DNA of 64,000 nucleotides, taken from contig NC_043006.1 in the NCBI RefSeq assembly GCF_006345805.1, positions 65,348,001 to 65,412,000 of the forward strand, read 5' to 3'. The stretch comes from Octopus sinensis. Lineage: Eukaryota. The notes under the pieces are model-generated. The model did no database searches. It was given only the letters and a program-made list of their open reading frames with translations, and was not told where the DNA came from. Positions 38,480-51,060 of the stretch are shown here, in pieces (position 1 is the stretch's first letter; every line of letters begins with the position of its first letter). Position numbers and translations under genes: made by a program.

Positions 38480-38715
38480 CTTGGGCATGTGGAAGAGAGT
38501 GTAATTCGGCAGGAGGACTTAAACGACATGCAAAGGTACATGAAGCCCAGTTACAACTACAGCCGGCTATTACCGGTAAAGGTATTAGTTGCCAATTCTG
38601 TACAAGACATTGTAGATCTTTAGCTGGGCTAAAAAGTCACATTCGATCACAGCACCAGTAACAGTTAAGCTTCGTGCAATGGCCATACTCGATAACGAGG
38701 GGGCAGCCATAATAG
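38480..38715 (+). mobile_element. Probable LINE ORF2 C-terminus with two C2H2-type zinc fingers and short 3' UTR (alternative: ZNF gene fragment)
   Basis: Translation gives CGRECNSAGGLKRHAKVH and CQFCTRHCRSLAGLKSHIRSQH*, followed by a short UTR ending GAGGGGGCAGCCATAATAG and (TA)n. It lacks the TGEKPY linker of classical KRAB-type/tandem ZNF genes. Confidence 0.6.
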
Positions 38716-38724
38716 TATATATAT

Positions 38725-38960
38725 ATGTGGTGGTTGCCTACTTCTTATGTGGAGTTTGTCCACCTCTTGTACCTACACCATCATAGCATCTGATATGGCT
38801 TTTTAAACCAAACATTTTGAAAAGACACCCATATAGATTGCACATCTGATCTGGATCACCAAGAGTAGCAGTTAAGTTTTGATCTTTGTGGATCTTAAAA
38901 TGTCTTTTGAGGCCTTCTTTAGATTTTCTAACCTTTAGGCATATATATAAGATTTGTCTA
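38725..38960 (-). mobile_element. Second, diverged copy of the zinc-finger-bearing LINE 3' end, tail-to-tail with the first
   Basis: Translation gives ICLKVRKSKEGLKRHFKIH..CNLYGCLFKMFGLKSHIR, with the same GLKRH/GLKSHIR pattern. Confidence 0.55.
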
Positions 38961-38999
38961 TGTATGTGTGTGTATATATATAAGATTTGACTATGCATG

Positions 39000-39038
<39 letters not shown>

Positions 39039-39289
39039 GTATATGTCTATGTATGTATATATATATATATATATATATATAAGTATATGTCTATGTATGT
39101 ATATATATATATATATCTATAGAGAGAGAAAGAGATTGGTAGATTTATGTTTATTTACGTGCAGTTATAATTGTAGATATATTGTATGTGCAATATGGAA
39201 GTCACTGCAGATTGCATATTAAATATAAAAAATAACAAAGGTATTGAACTATTGTCTAAGTGATATTCAATCATGTGTGAATTTTTCAG

Positions 39290-39338
39290 TGAGGAGCCTC
39301 TTTGGAATAACAGTTATAGATAATTACATATCCATTAA
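39290..39338 (+). other. Candidate 49-nt internal exon
   Basis: The acceptor is ATTTTTCAG and the donor AA/GTGAGT. One frame is open (RSLFGITVIDNYISI) but I do not recognise it. Confidence 0.3.
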
Positions 39339-39506
39339 GTGAGTATGTGTTTTTATATATACTTACATATAGGTATATATATATGAATATACAAATATTT
39401 GTAGATGTGAATATACAAATATGCATAATATTTATGTATGTGTATAAAATATAAGCATATTCATATGTTTGTGTATTGTGATGTATTTGTGTGCTTGTTG
39501 CACACA

Positions 39507-39559
<53 letters not shown>

Positions 39560-39830
39560 TATAAAGATGAGAATGTCTGTGTGAATCCCTAAAAGTGGAG
39601 AACTACACAACCAATTTCATTCAAATTTTACACATGCCTTACTTAGGGTCCATGTAGTGTCATGGGCCATAAAAATTTTCAACTTCTTGCCTAATGCAAG
39701 CCCAGAGCAATCTCTTTTCCACTATTTCAGTATCACGTGTGAAAAGTGAAACAATAAAATCTCTCTATTGTAATACTCCGACTTTAATAGTTTCACTATT
39801 AATACTGAAACTATTAAAGTGAAACTATTA
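39560..39830 (+). mobile_element. Possible non-autonomous Helitron-like element, 5' part
   Basis: The start ATATATAAAGATGAGAATGTCTGTGTG..AACTACACAACCAATTTCATTCAAATTT resembles invertebrate Helitron-N 5' ends. No 3' hairpin was found. Confidence 0.4.
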
Positions 39831-39899
39831 TCTCACATATATAGGCATACATACATATATATATATATATGTATACATCTGCACATATGTATAGATATA

Positions 39900-39945
<46 letters not shown>

Positions 39946-39947
39946 AT

Positions 39948-39978
<31 letters not shown>

Positions 39979-39987
39979 GTATATATA

Positions 39988-40058
<71 letters not shown>

Positions 40059-40170
40059 CACACACGTATATATATATATATATATGTACATATATATGTG
40101 TGTATATATATATATGTACATATATATGTATATATATATATATAATATATATATGTATATATATATATGT

Positions 40171-40201
<31 letters not shown>

Positions 40202-40205
40202 CATA

Positions 40206-40257
<52 letters not shown>

Positions 40258-40410
40258 TACATGCATACATAGATTTATACATATATATATATATAATACA
40301 CATATACATACATGCATACATAGATTTATACATATATATATATATATGTATATATATAGACACACACATATACCTATATACAAATATATACATATATATA
40401 TATATATTCT
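39830..40410. repeat. Long compound (TA)n microsatellite with higher-order duplicated blocks
   Basis: Directly visible; ATGCATACATAGATTTATACATATAT occurs twice. Confidence 0.95.
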
Positions 40411-41239
40411 ATGCATAAGGACAGGTGTAATGCAGTATATCTTTGAAAGTGAGGGAGTTAAATGAGGCCATAACCTCCATGAAAATTCATATATTTTTGC
40501 TGTTGATGAAATTTTAATCATAGATATTAGATACAAATGAAATAATATTTCTAAAATTTCAACTTCTTAGGAGTTATTTAGACCCCTTAATGGGGGCTTA
40601 ACCCCCACAATTTTTCCTGAGCCAGACGAATAGAATTGTACTCTTGGAAGCTGTAGGGTTACCCGGGCATACAAGATGAGCATTATTTGTAATTCAATGG
40701 TACAACAGTGTAAGATTTTCATTTGAGAAGTACTTAGATTGTGATTTCTGCAATGTGATGCACAAATTGTCAAGTAAAGGAGAAGCATCTTTGCCTCCAC
40801 TTATTCAGTTATAAAGTGTTGAGTAAAGTTATTTGATTAAAGACCTCCTTTGAGTCTTTTTATTATCACTGGATCAGAGATGGTAACATTAATTTCAAGG
40901 CCTTCCCAGATATGTGACTGGTCATTCAAAGAAATTTATAGATTGCAAATTTATTCTGTCCATTTACCTACTGGCATAGTGATCATTAGCAAACTCTAGA
41001 AGTGATACTTTCATTTCCCCTTAGCCTTCATGTCACACAGTTGTTAATGTTTATACGAACTCAGTCAAACCATCCAACCCATGCCAGCATGGAAAAACGG
41101 ATGCTAAATGATGATGATGATATATATATATGCCTGTACAGAGTGTTTGTGCACAAACCTTGGTGGTTCATAAATGGAAGATAAGCTAATGTAATGCTAT
41201 GCAGCATATGTCAAATTTCAACTTTTTCCTTTCTCTTTC

Positions 41240-41810
41240 AGACGGTAGATTCCAATTTGACCTAGGGAATGAAGAGGCATACCATATAAGTGGCTCTAAC
41301 CACCAACCACTGCAACTCAAAAATTGCCAGCTTCTTGAACATAACTGTGTCCTTTGTGTTTCAAGGTCATGAAAAAGTTGGTGACCTTTGGCAGGGACAA
41401 TCCATCCATAGCTGAGCAAAAGAAATGTTCTTGAGGATCTGACCCAGTCGGGGTGACTCAAGGGATCCATCAGGTTTGGGACATCATTGTTGACTATCAC
41501 AATGAGTCAATCAACAAGAGCCATTGCTATGTAATTTGAGGTGGTAGAGTCCATTATCAGACATGTGGTGAACAAAGACATCAGGTACAAGTCCTGCATG
41601 ATGAAGCAAGAACAATTCAGGTCTAGTAAGTCCTGGAAGAACCTGATGGTCATGTGATCCCTAATATTGTGTGGACTCCTAGCTCTTTGGCTTTGAACAT
41701 CCTGGATTGCTGCATCTGGGCTGTATGTCTCTGATAAAGTATATGTCCCTATCTTTGTGGTTTTGTAAGCTGTGTAAAGGCCAGTGGAATATAAATACTT
41801 CACTTGAAAA
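41240..41810 (+). mobile_element. Internally deleted, degraded maT-like transposon
   Basis: It resembles 29.7-30.1 kb (GAATGAAGAGGCAT; AAGACATCAGGTACAAG) and contains WTPSSLALNILDCCIW, similar to WPPNSPDLNPLDYYVW. Confidence 0.6.
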
Positions 41811-42139
41811 TCAAATGTTGACATATAGACACAGGTTACACATAAGTTATTAAGGAAGTATTCTATGACTGGGTGCTCTTCCTGTTGCAAGCACTTGTTT
41901 TCCAAACAAGGTATTTCTCTTCCTCTGGTTTTCACATGAAACTGTTAAAACATCAGATTTATTGTTTGTGGGAGCAAACACGTGCGCATGCACATACCCC
42001 CCCCCCCATATCTGTGCTTACAAACTTAATTAACAGAAGTTACTCAGTAGCTCTTGAACCAAGAGTTTTGTGCATTAATTACCATGAATGAAGCTGTCTG
42101 CCCTAGAGTCAATCTGAAACTTCTGCCAATTAAAAAAAC

Positions 42140-42695
42140 TATATGCTGTGCTTGAGAAGACCCAGCAAGCCAAATGAGACCATAACCTCGTGGCCTATGC
42201 CAGGGGTGTAACCAGCCCACTTAAGCGTACCTTACTTTTATTGGACACTAAACTTTGCTTGCAAAGACCTGTTGAGGCAAGTGAATCGAAATCAAATTTG
42301 ATGACTGGCATCTGTGCTAGTGGAGCGCTAAGAGCACCATCTGAGTGTGATTGTTGCCAGAGCAGCTAACTGGCTTCCATGCAAATGGCACGTAAAAAGC
42401 ACCATTTGAGCATGATCGCTACCAGTGTCACCTTACTGGCACTTGCGCTGTTGGCACGTGAAAAAACATTCGAGCGAGGTCATTGCCAGTGCCGCTGGAC
42501 TGGCTGCTGTGCAGGTGGCACGTAAAAGCACCCACTACACACTCGGAGTGGTTGGCGTTAGGAAGGGCATCCAGCTGTAGAAATTCTGCCAGATCAAGAT
42601 TGGAGCCTGGTGCAGCCATCTGGTTTGCCACTCAGTCAAATCGTTCAACCCATGCTAGCATGGAAAGCAGACGTCAAACAATGATGATGATGATA
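42140..42695 (+). mobile_element. RTE 3' UTR with (GAT)n tail, short 5'-truncated copy
   Basis: It matches the UTR at about 14000-14330 and continues into the GGAAGGGCATCCAGCTGTAGAAA..CATGCTAGCATGGAAA..(GAT)n tail. Confidence 0.8.
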
Positions 42696-42701
42696 TATAT
42701 A

Positions 42702-42743
<42 letters not shown>

Positions 42744-43761
42744 GATAAGAACAGAAATGGAGCAACAATTAACAACTAGAAGTTGATCACTGGTATTTAA
42801 AGGTCATTGTTTAATTGTAGTTAAAAAACATTTACAACTGTTTCAGTTTCAGTTTGTTATTTTGAAGTAAATTAGCATTTATCTCATTCCATTGAACAAA
42901 CATTGTCAGAATGATTTAGAGTTTATCGGAGGAATATAGAGAGGGAAAAAAGGAAAAAGTTTGTTAAGTCTTTAGGCTTACATTTTTGTGTCCTTTAAGG
43001 TTCCATGTGTGTGTACATTTCTTCTGTTAGATGAATTGAGCAATATATATATATATATCATCATCATCATCATTTAACGGCTGTTTTCCATGCTGGCATG
43101 GGTTGGAATGTTTGACTGAGGTTTGGAGAGCCAGTGGCTGCACCAGACTCCAATTTCATCTGATAAGGTTTCTCCAGCTGGATGCCCATCCTAATATCAA
43201 TAGCTCCGAGAGTGTGGTAGGTACTTTTTACGTGCCACTGGCACAGGAACCAGTCAGGTGGCAGTGACCATTGTTATGATTTTGGTTTTACTTGACTCAA
43301 CATTATATATATATATATTCATGTTATGAGTTCTATCAATCGTATTTCTACAACCAAACCTATATATATTCTGTTAGTAGTTTCAGTCATTTAACTGTGG
43401 CCATGCTGGAGCACTGCCTTTTAGTCAGAGAAATTGACCCCAGGACTTATTCTTTGTAAGCCTGGTGCTTATTCAATCAGTCTCCTCTGCTGAATAGCTA
43501 AGATGTGAGGATGTAAACGCACCAACATCGGTTGTTAAGCGATGGTGAGGGGACAGACACAAAGACGCACACATAAATGTATACATATATATATACAATG
43601 GGCTTCTTTCAGTTTCCGTCTACCAAATCCATTCACAAGGCTTTGGTGGCCCGAAGCTGTAGTAGAAGACACTTGCCCAAGGTGCCATGCTGCAGGACTG
43701 AACCCGGAACCATGTGGTTGGGAAGTAAGATTATATATATATATATATATATTAAAAAAGA

Positions 43762-43998
43762 GGGGAGGCTGGTTTATGGTATTACCTTGGGTTTCCTGTC
43801 CATAAGAGGTTTAGCTTTATGGTGTATTGTCAGACCCCGAAACCTGTTGGCCTAAGAAAAGCCTTGTTACGAAGGTAAACCCCCTCCATATTTTGAAGAG
43901 GTCTTAGGTTAACAGTTTTTGGGGTCTGACAATACACCATAAAGCTAAACCCTTTATGGATGGGAAACCCAAGGTGATACCATAAACCGGCCTTCCCC
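43762..43998. mobile_element. Fold-back MITE with ~95-bp inverted arms
   Basis: 43762-43857 is the approximate reverse complement of 43902-43998 (GGTTTATGGTATTACCTTGGGTTTCC..GTATTGTCAGACCCC). Confidence 0.75.
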
Positions 43999-45359
43999 AT
44001 TATTAAAATATTCACTGTTCTACATCTTAGAGTGTACGTCTCTGGATTTATGTTTTCTACAAACGATATATATATATATTCTTTTACTCCATTACATGTT
44101 TCAGTCATTTGACTGTGGCCATGCTGGAGCACCACCTTTAGTTGAAGAAATCGACCCCATGACTTATTCGTTGCAAGCCTAGTATTTATTCTATTGGTCT
44201 TTTCTGCCAAACCACTAAGTTTTGGGGACATTAGCACACCAACATCAGTTTTCAAGTGATGGTGGGGGAGGACAAACACAAAGACATACACACATAAATA
44301 TATATACATATATATATATATAAATATTATGGGCTTCTTTCAGTTTCTGTCTGCCAAATTTATGCACAAGGTTTTGGTTGGCCTGAAGCTATAGTAGAAG
44401 GCACTTGCCCAAGGTGCCACGCAGTGGGACTGAACCTGGAACCATGTGGTTGGGAAGCAAGCTTCTTACCACACAGCCACACCTGCACCGATGCTTTTTC
44501 AGTTTCCATATATATATATAAAATTAATATAGACAGCAGTTTGCAATGTGTATATATATATATATATGATAGTATCCTGTACAGTATCCATCTACCAGTT
44601 TTCATTCCTGCCATTGCTCCCTCTGGTAACCGCTTGCTGAAGGTTGATGCAGTGGGATGGAGGCTTAAACTTTGTGGGTATGAAGTAAATTCCGTAACTA
44701 CACAACTTTGCCTCTCCCACCTTCCCTCTCTTCCTCTTTCTCTGTCTATATATGTATACATATATGTATATTCTTTTGTTCTTTCATTTGTTTCAGTTAT
44801 TTGACTGTGGTCATGCTGGAGCATCACCTTTATTTGAACAAATCGACCCCAGGACTTATTCTTTGTAAGCCTAGTATTTATTCTATAAGTCGTTTTTGCT
44901 GAACTGCTAAGTTACAGGGTTGTAAACACACCAGCATCAGTTGTCAAGCGATGGTGAAGGGAAAAACACAGTCACACGATGGGCTTCTTTCAGTTTCCGT
45001 CTACCAAATCCACTCCCAAGGCTTTGGTCGGCCTGAGGCTGAACCCAGAACCATGTGGTTGGTAAGCAAGCTACTTACCACACAGCCACTCCTGCACCTA
45101 TGTAATATCTGTATGTGTAAACATATGCCTGTATGTATACATAATCAAGCAGTGGGTTGGTGGCACACACACACACACACACATGTATCATCATCATCAC
45201 TTAATGTCTGCTGTACAAGCTGGCATGGGTTGGACGGTTGCACTAAACTCTAGTCTGATTTGGTATGGTTTCTATGGCTGGATGCTCTTCCTAATGCCAA
45301 CCACTCCGAGAGTGTAATAGGTGCTTTTTATGTGCCACTAGCTTGGGTGCCAGATGCAT

Positions 45360-45790
45360 GACACCAGTATCTGCCACAACTATGATTTCCCTTGGCTTGA
45401 TGGGCCTTCTCATTCACAGTACAATGACAAAGGTCTCAGTTATCTGTCATTGTCTCCATGAAGCCCAATGCTTGAAAGCTGCTTTTGATGTGACACTGGC
45501 ATCAGCCACATTGCTTCTGTGTGGCCCAATGCTCGAAGGGTTCTTTTTATGTGCCACCGACATAAGTGCCAGTTATGTAACACTGACAATGGCCACAACT
45601 ATGATTTCTCTTGACTTGATGGGTCTTCTCAAGCACAGCATATCGCCAAAGATCTTGGTCACTAGTCATTGCCTCAGTGAGGCCCAATGTTCGAAGATCA
45701 TGCTTTACCACCTTGTCCCTAAGTCTTCCTGGATCTTCCTCTTCCACAACTTCCCTCCGCTGTTAGAGATCAGCACTTCTTCACACAGCT
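45360..45790 (-). mobile_element. RTE LINE 3' end fragment
   Basis: Translation gives RLRDKVVKHDLRTLGLTEAMTSDQDLWRYAVLEKT, homologous to the ends at 13.9 and 28.5 kb. Confidence 0.8.
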
Positions 45791-46103
45791 GTATATATTT
45801 GGAAGGGCATCCAGCCATAAAAACCCTACCAAAACAGACTCAGTAGTCTGGGGTCGTCTTATACCTGGCTGGCTCTATCAACCATCCTATCCACGCATGC
45901 TTGGAAGACGGATGTTAAATGATGGTGATGATAATGAAGATATATTATGGGCTTTTTTCAGTTTCCGTATGTCAAAGCAACTCACAAGGTTTTCGTTGGC
46001 CCAAGGCTATAATAGAAGACACTTGCCCTAGGTGCTATGCAATGGGACTGAACCTGGAACTATGTGATCAGGAAGCAAGCTTCTTACCACACAACCATGT
46101 CTG

Positions 46104-46134
<31 letters not shown>

Positions 46135-46144
46135 GTGCATATAT

Positions 46145-46935
46145 ACAGGTTGTGGTGAATATATTGTCTAAATTATACAAAAATGAAAATAACACTGATA
46201 TCTCATTTTAACAGATATATTTACCAAAATTACATAAAAATATCTTGAAATACTAAAGAGTAAATTTATTCAATAAAATTGCCATTGGCTTCAACCATCA
46301 GAATTTCCAGCAACTCTCCTGGATGATCTCCTTGTTTAAGTTGGTGAATGTTGCCATAATCCTTGCCTTCAGTTCATATTTGGTGTTACAAGGAGTTTTG
46401 TTGGTCACTCGCTCAACTGCATCCCACACATAATAATGAAGGGGGTTGCAGTCTGGGCAGTTAGGGGTGATATGATCACAGAAATTTTCTGACTTTCATG
46501 ACTGGGTTCTCCTGCTTGTGTGTCATGGTGCAGAGTCCTGTTGTCAGACATAGGGTCTCCCAGCAGCCACCCTCTTGACCCTGGGCAGCACTACTTCCTC
46601 CAGACACTTGATGTAGACCTCCATGTTGAGTGTGAGGCTGTGTGGGAAGATGAATGGAGGCATAACGTTGCCATCACTAGTAATCACTCCAAACACCATG
46701 ATGTTGCCTGGATGTTTGATTTTAATCACTCTTGATACATGTCCTCAGATTGCACTGTCTGCGGACTGACACCCAAACACTCTGAAATGTTCATATTGGA
46801 GCTTCTGGCATGAATGTCAAGCAGTGCAACATATCGTTTCCAAAATTCTGGCAGAGTGACTTCCTGTACACTCATTGTTCACATTGTATATGCTGTATAT
46901 TAATACTTCGTTTTTCTCTTCATACTGATCAGAAC
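46145..46935 (-). mobile_element. maT (DD37D-type) transposon remnant
   Basis: Translation gives KHPGNIMVFGVITSDGNVMPPFIFP..VYIKCLEEVVLP..GRPYV*QQDSAPCH..NPLHYYVWDAVER. The terminus is TA-CAGGTTGT. Confidence 0.85.
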
Positions 46936-48619
46936 CATTTCCTTGATGGCAGCAGATTCCTGTGCATTTTCAACATCATTTAACATCCATTTTTCTATGC
47001 TTACTTGGGTCAGATGGAATTTGTTATGGTATATTTTCTATGATTGGATTCCTTGTTGTAACCCTCACTAGTTTCTAAGCAATGTAATATTTCACAATGG
47101 AAGACAAAAGATGAACAAGACCGTTTGTATGACAGTGATATCTGTTTACAGTCATTGCATGATGTCAAGACAAAGTTACGCACACGCTCACATAAACAGA
47201 CAGACACATACACATATGAGTTTCTTTCAGTTTCTATCTCCCAGATCCACTCACAAGACTTTGGTTTCATCAGGGCTATAGTAGAAGACGCTCTCTCAAG
47301 TTGCTATGCAGTGGTACTGAACTTAGGATCATGCAATTGGGAAGCAAGCTGAGGCTTCTTGATTCTAAGTGTTGCCTCTTCATCAAGACTTTCTTCTCTA
47401 ATTTCCCTACAGACTCTACTTTATGTATTCAGTCATTAACGTATAAGATATCCCACAGACAGCCAGTCTTAAACGCTGCTTTTGTGGCTTGGAAAATTTT
47501 TATAGAGGTGGGCTGGTTCCTATGGCTGGATGCCCTTCCTAACACCAACCACTTCATACTGTGTACTGGATGCCTTTTTCGTTCCACCAGTACTATTGAG
47601 GTGGCACATATAAAACATCTGTGCTGGTGCTATGTAAAAAGCACCCAATATACTCTGTAAAGTGGTTGGTGTTAGGAAGGGTATCCAGCTGTAAAAAACC
47701 AACTGATGCCTGGTGCAGCCCTCTGGCTTGCCAGCTCCTGTCAAACCATCCAACCCATGCCAGCATGGAAAATGGATATGATGATGATGATTTCCTGGTA
47801 AAAGAAGTCTGCCTGACTGGCTTGTGGGTGAAGGGAACAGGTGTATGGTGGTAGAAACAATGTGATTATAATGAGTTGGTGGAAGAAAGGGAGAGAGTGA
47901 TGAATTGTAATAGGTTTGGTAAGGGAGAGAAAGAGTGAGGGATATTAATAATGAGTGTCTTTGAAAGTGGATGTGATGACTTGTAGAACAGAAAGGATGA
48001 TAGAGTGTATAGGGTACAAACAGATCTGATGCAATCCTCTATCCACATTATGATGGGTGGGAAAGGTGGAATGATAAGGATGCTGGTTGGAGGGGAACTC
48101 AGTACAGGTGGGTCTAGTACCGTTCCTTGTTATGTGAGCAACATGATATGGTTAATAGAGGAGGGAGTGAGGGATTTTCAGAGAGATGAGGGAGTGTTGG
48201 GTAGATCCAATGACATTCCTTGTTACATGGATAAAGCAGGATACAATGAATAGGAAAGAGTGATTGAGAGAAGAGATAATATCAAGGATGTAGGGGAAGG
48301 CTGCAGAGACATATTGGGCAAGAGACCTAGATGTAAATATATTGTACATCCCAGACTCCATTATTTTAATGTTTGTTATGCCATGCTTGCACAAGTCTTT
48401 TCCTGGATTGCTTGTCACCAATCATTACAGTTCTTTTTCATTTCTGTGAGACTCAATATCCTGAGATCAATCTTCACCCTCTATCTTGGTCTCCCTTTTT
48501 CATAAGTTCCATCCACTTTGAGCACTCTGCACTTTTCCTTTTATATCTATCTCATCCTCCTTTTATATCAGATTCCTCTACCATCACAACCTTCTCTCAT
48601 GCCTATGACATTTAATTTC

Positions 48620-49600
48620 TTTTATACACAGATTTCCTCTCAGCTCATTTGTACTCTGTTCTTCTAACATGTATTACACACCCAGCAAGGTTCCTTTCTC
48701 TTTCCAATTTTTGCAAATCCTTTGCATTCTAGGCCTGTGTTTCATCTCCCAGGACCACGCTTCTTACACAAGTATCATACAATCAGCTTTTCGCTCTGAG
48801 CGAGAAACTCTCTGTTACCAGCGAAAGTTACAACTCTGAACTTTTTCTAGCACCATCCAAATGTGGTCGATGCCAATGCCGTCCATTTCATGTGTACCTT
48901 TAGTGCTCACTGCTCCTAAGCATCTACTGCTTATAAAGTATTAGCTGATCACATGCTGTCAATAATGTCGGCTAATTGTAGTATTTTATATATTAATAAA
49001 GTACAAAATAATCACACATACAAATATTTACATACTTCCCTTGTACACGTACACACATACACTCATATACTCACACAGAGTTAAAATGCTGATTTTTTTT
49101 CACTCCTTCCTTCCTTATTCATCTATCACCCTTTCCTTTCTTTCATTGCCATTACTTTCTCTCACTCTCTCTCAGTCAGGGCTATTACTCTCACTACTTC
49201 TCCTTCACTGAATTACCATTTTCTCTCCCCCTCCACATCCAGCGTGATTCTGGACAAATATATATATATATATACACACACACACATATAAAAACACTAC
49301 GCTCATTATTATATTAGGAGATATCCTTTTTTGTTAGCCTCCCTGAGTTAATTGTTAAGTTTTTACCTACTTCTTTTCTGCACATCAAGTATGGCCATTT
49401 TCCTGATGATAGCAGGTTCCTGTTTCCTTTTCTAGCCTTTGCTAAGTTTTCTTTGAAGCCTCTTGATTCTTGCTTTTGCTCTCACATCTGGAGTTTCTTC
49501 TCTAATTACATCATATCTTTTCTTACAAGAACTGGGTCATCATTATATAGGGGTTCCTGAGAACAGCTAGTCTTAAACTCCTGTTATACCTGGTGGTCTA
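48620..49600 (-). mobile_element. Two highly degraded RTE RT fragments (about 49330-49600 and 48620-48860)
   Basis: Minus-strand translation gives LYNDDPVLV (YADD-like), SGKWPYLMCRKEVGKN and KKFR..LVTESFSLRAKS*LYDTCVRSVVLGDET. Confidence 0.65.
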
Positions 49601-50296
49601 TTTTAGTGATGGTGCGTGACTTAGAGGTTAAGGCAATCGGCTCACGATTGTAAGGTCATGAGTTCAATTCCCGGTGACGCGTTGTGTCCTTGAGCAAGAC
49701 ACTTTATTTCACGTTGCTCCAGTCCACTCAACTGGCAAAAATGAGTTGTACCTGTATTTCAAAGGGCCGGCCTTGCTACACTCTGTCACGTTGAATCTCT
49801 CTCAGAACTATGTTAAGGGTACACGTGTCTATGGAGTGCTCAGCCAATTGCACGTTAATTTCACAAGCAAGCTGTTCTGTTGATCGTATCTGCTGAGATC
49901 CTTCTTATTTTAAACTCAAAGAGGCTGAAAACTGAGGCTTGGTGGACTTCAGCTTTTATCTCTTGAGTTGCATTTGTCACCAAATTGCTGTCAACAAGAA
50001 TAACTTGTCCCTTTTTTTAAGCCTGCACAGGGAACAATCTCTTTGTCCCATGCATTCTCCTCATTTATCAACCTGTCATAATAGCATTTCCAATGTCTAT
50101 GTAAGAGCAAGTGTGTCATTGTCAATCACTATGCTCTTCTCCACTGCAACATCTTGACTTTCACTTGCATATTGCATTAGAAAGGGCATCCAATTACAGT
50201 AACCATGACAAGGTAGACACTGGAACACTTGGGCCAATTGAATCCTGTCAAACCATCGAACCCATACCAGCATGGGACATGGACATTAAGTGGTGG

Positions 50297-50336
<40 letters not shown>

Positions 50337-50339
50337 ACT

Positions 50340-51060
50340 ACCTTCAAACTAGAATATTTCTGTTCGTTATGTCTCAAAACTTTGGCAAACCTATTACTTT
50401 CGGCTTCTCTCCTTGCTAAATATATCTGACGTCTAGCTTCTCTTCTTACTTTTTGACATTAGCTCTTTGCTACCCACTTTCTTCCAATCTTTCCAGACCT
50501 GTCTTTTAGACTTTGTGGCTTCATCAACAGAGCTATTTTAGGTTTCATTCTCATCCTCTCTTTTCATATTTGTCAATTAGTATATCTCTGAGTCTGCTGC
50601 AATTTTATGGCTCTTTCAACTTCTGTGTCCTCCTTCTGAAAATTGTCATTTGTACTCGAGTCTCTGCTGGTCTTATTCTGAAGTCACTAACCACTAATCT
50701 CTGTTAAGTGGAACATTCTTCACTGGGGAAAGGCTTAATTCTCTCATCCATCTGTCTACCCTGTTTACTTGTGTGAATAAAGTCTTGCTTAGTGGCTGAT
50801 TGTCTTTCTGAAATTTTCGTTACAAAAATGGTTAGGTCATTTATACCATAGAATTCCAAGGACCTTCATTTATTATGCTATGGCCATAACCTCCATATAT
50901 TTTAGAATAGCCAACCTGGTATTGTCCAACATGTTAGTTAAAGTTACCAGCCGTAATAACAGCATTGTTTACAAGAGGGTCTCAGAAGCTTGTTTCTTTT
51001 TCTTGTCTGTCAGTCTTGACCCTGGAGTTAATCTGCTCAGGTGTTGGCTTTACTTGCTTT
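50340..51060 (-). mobile_element. RTE LINE endonuclease/linker fragment, degraded
   Basis: Translation gives REARRQIYLARREAESNRFAKVLRH (homologous to about 9700), HRLVVSDFR and TAGNFN*HVG..YGGYG. Confidence 0.75.

Noticed and set aside
41242-41360. Strong acceptor followed by an open frame (GRFQFDLGNEEAYHIS..)
   Set aside because: It is homologous to the 5' end of the maT transposon at 29.7 kb, so it is TE-derived.
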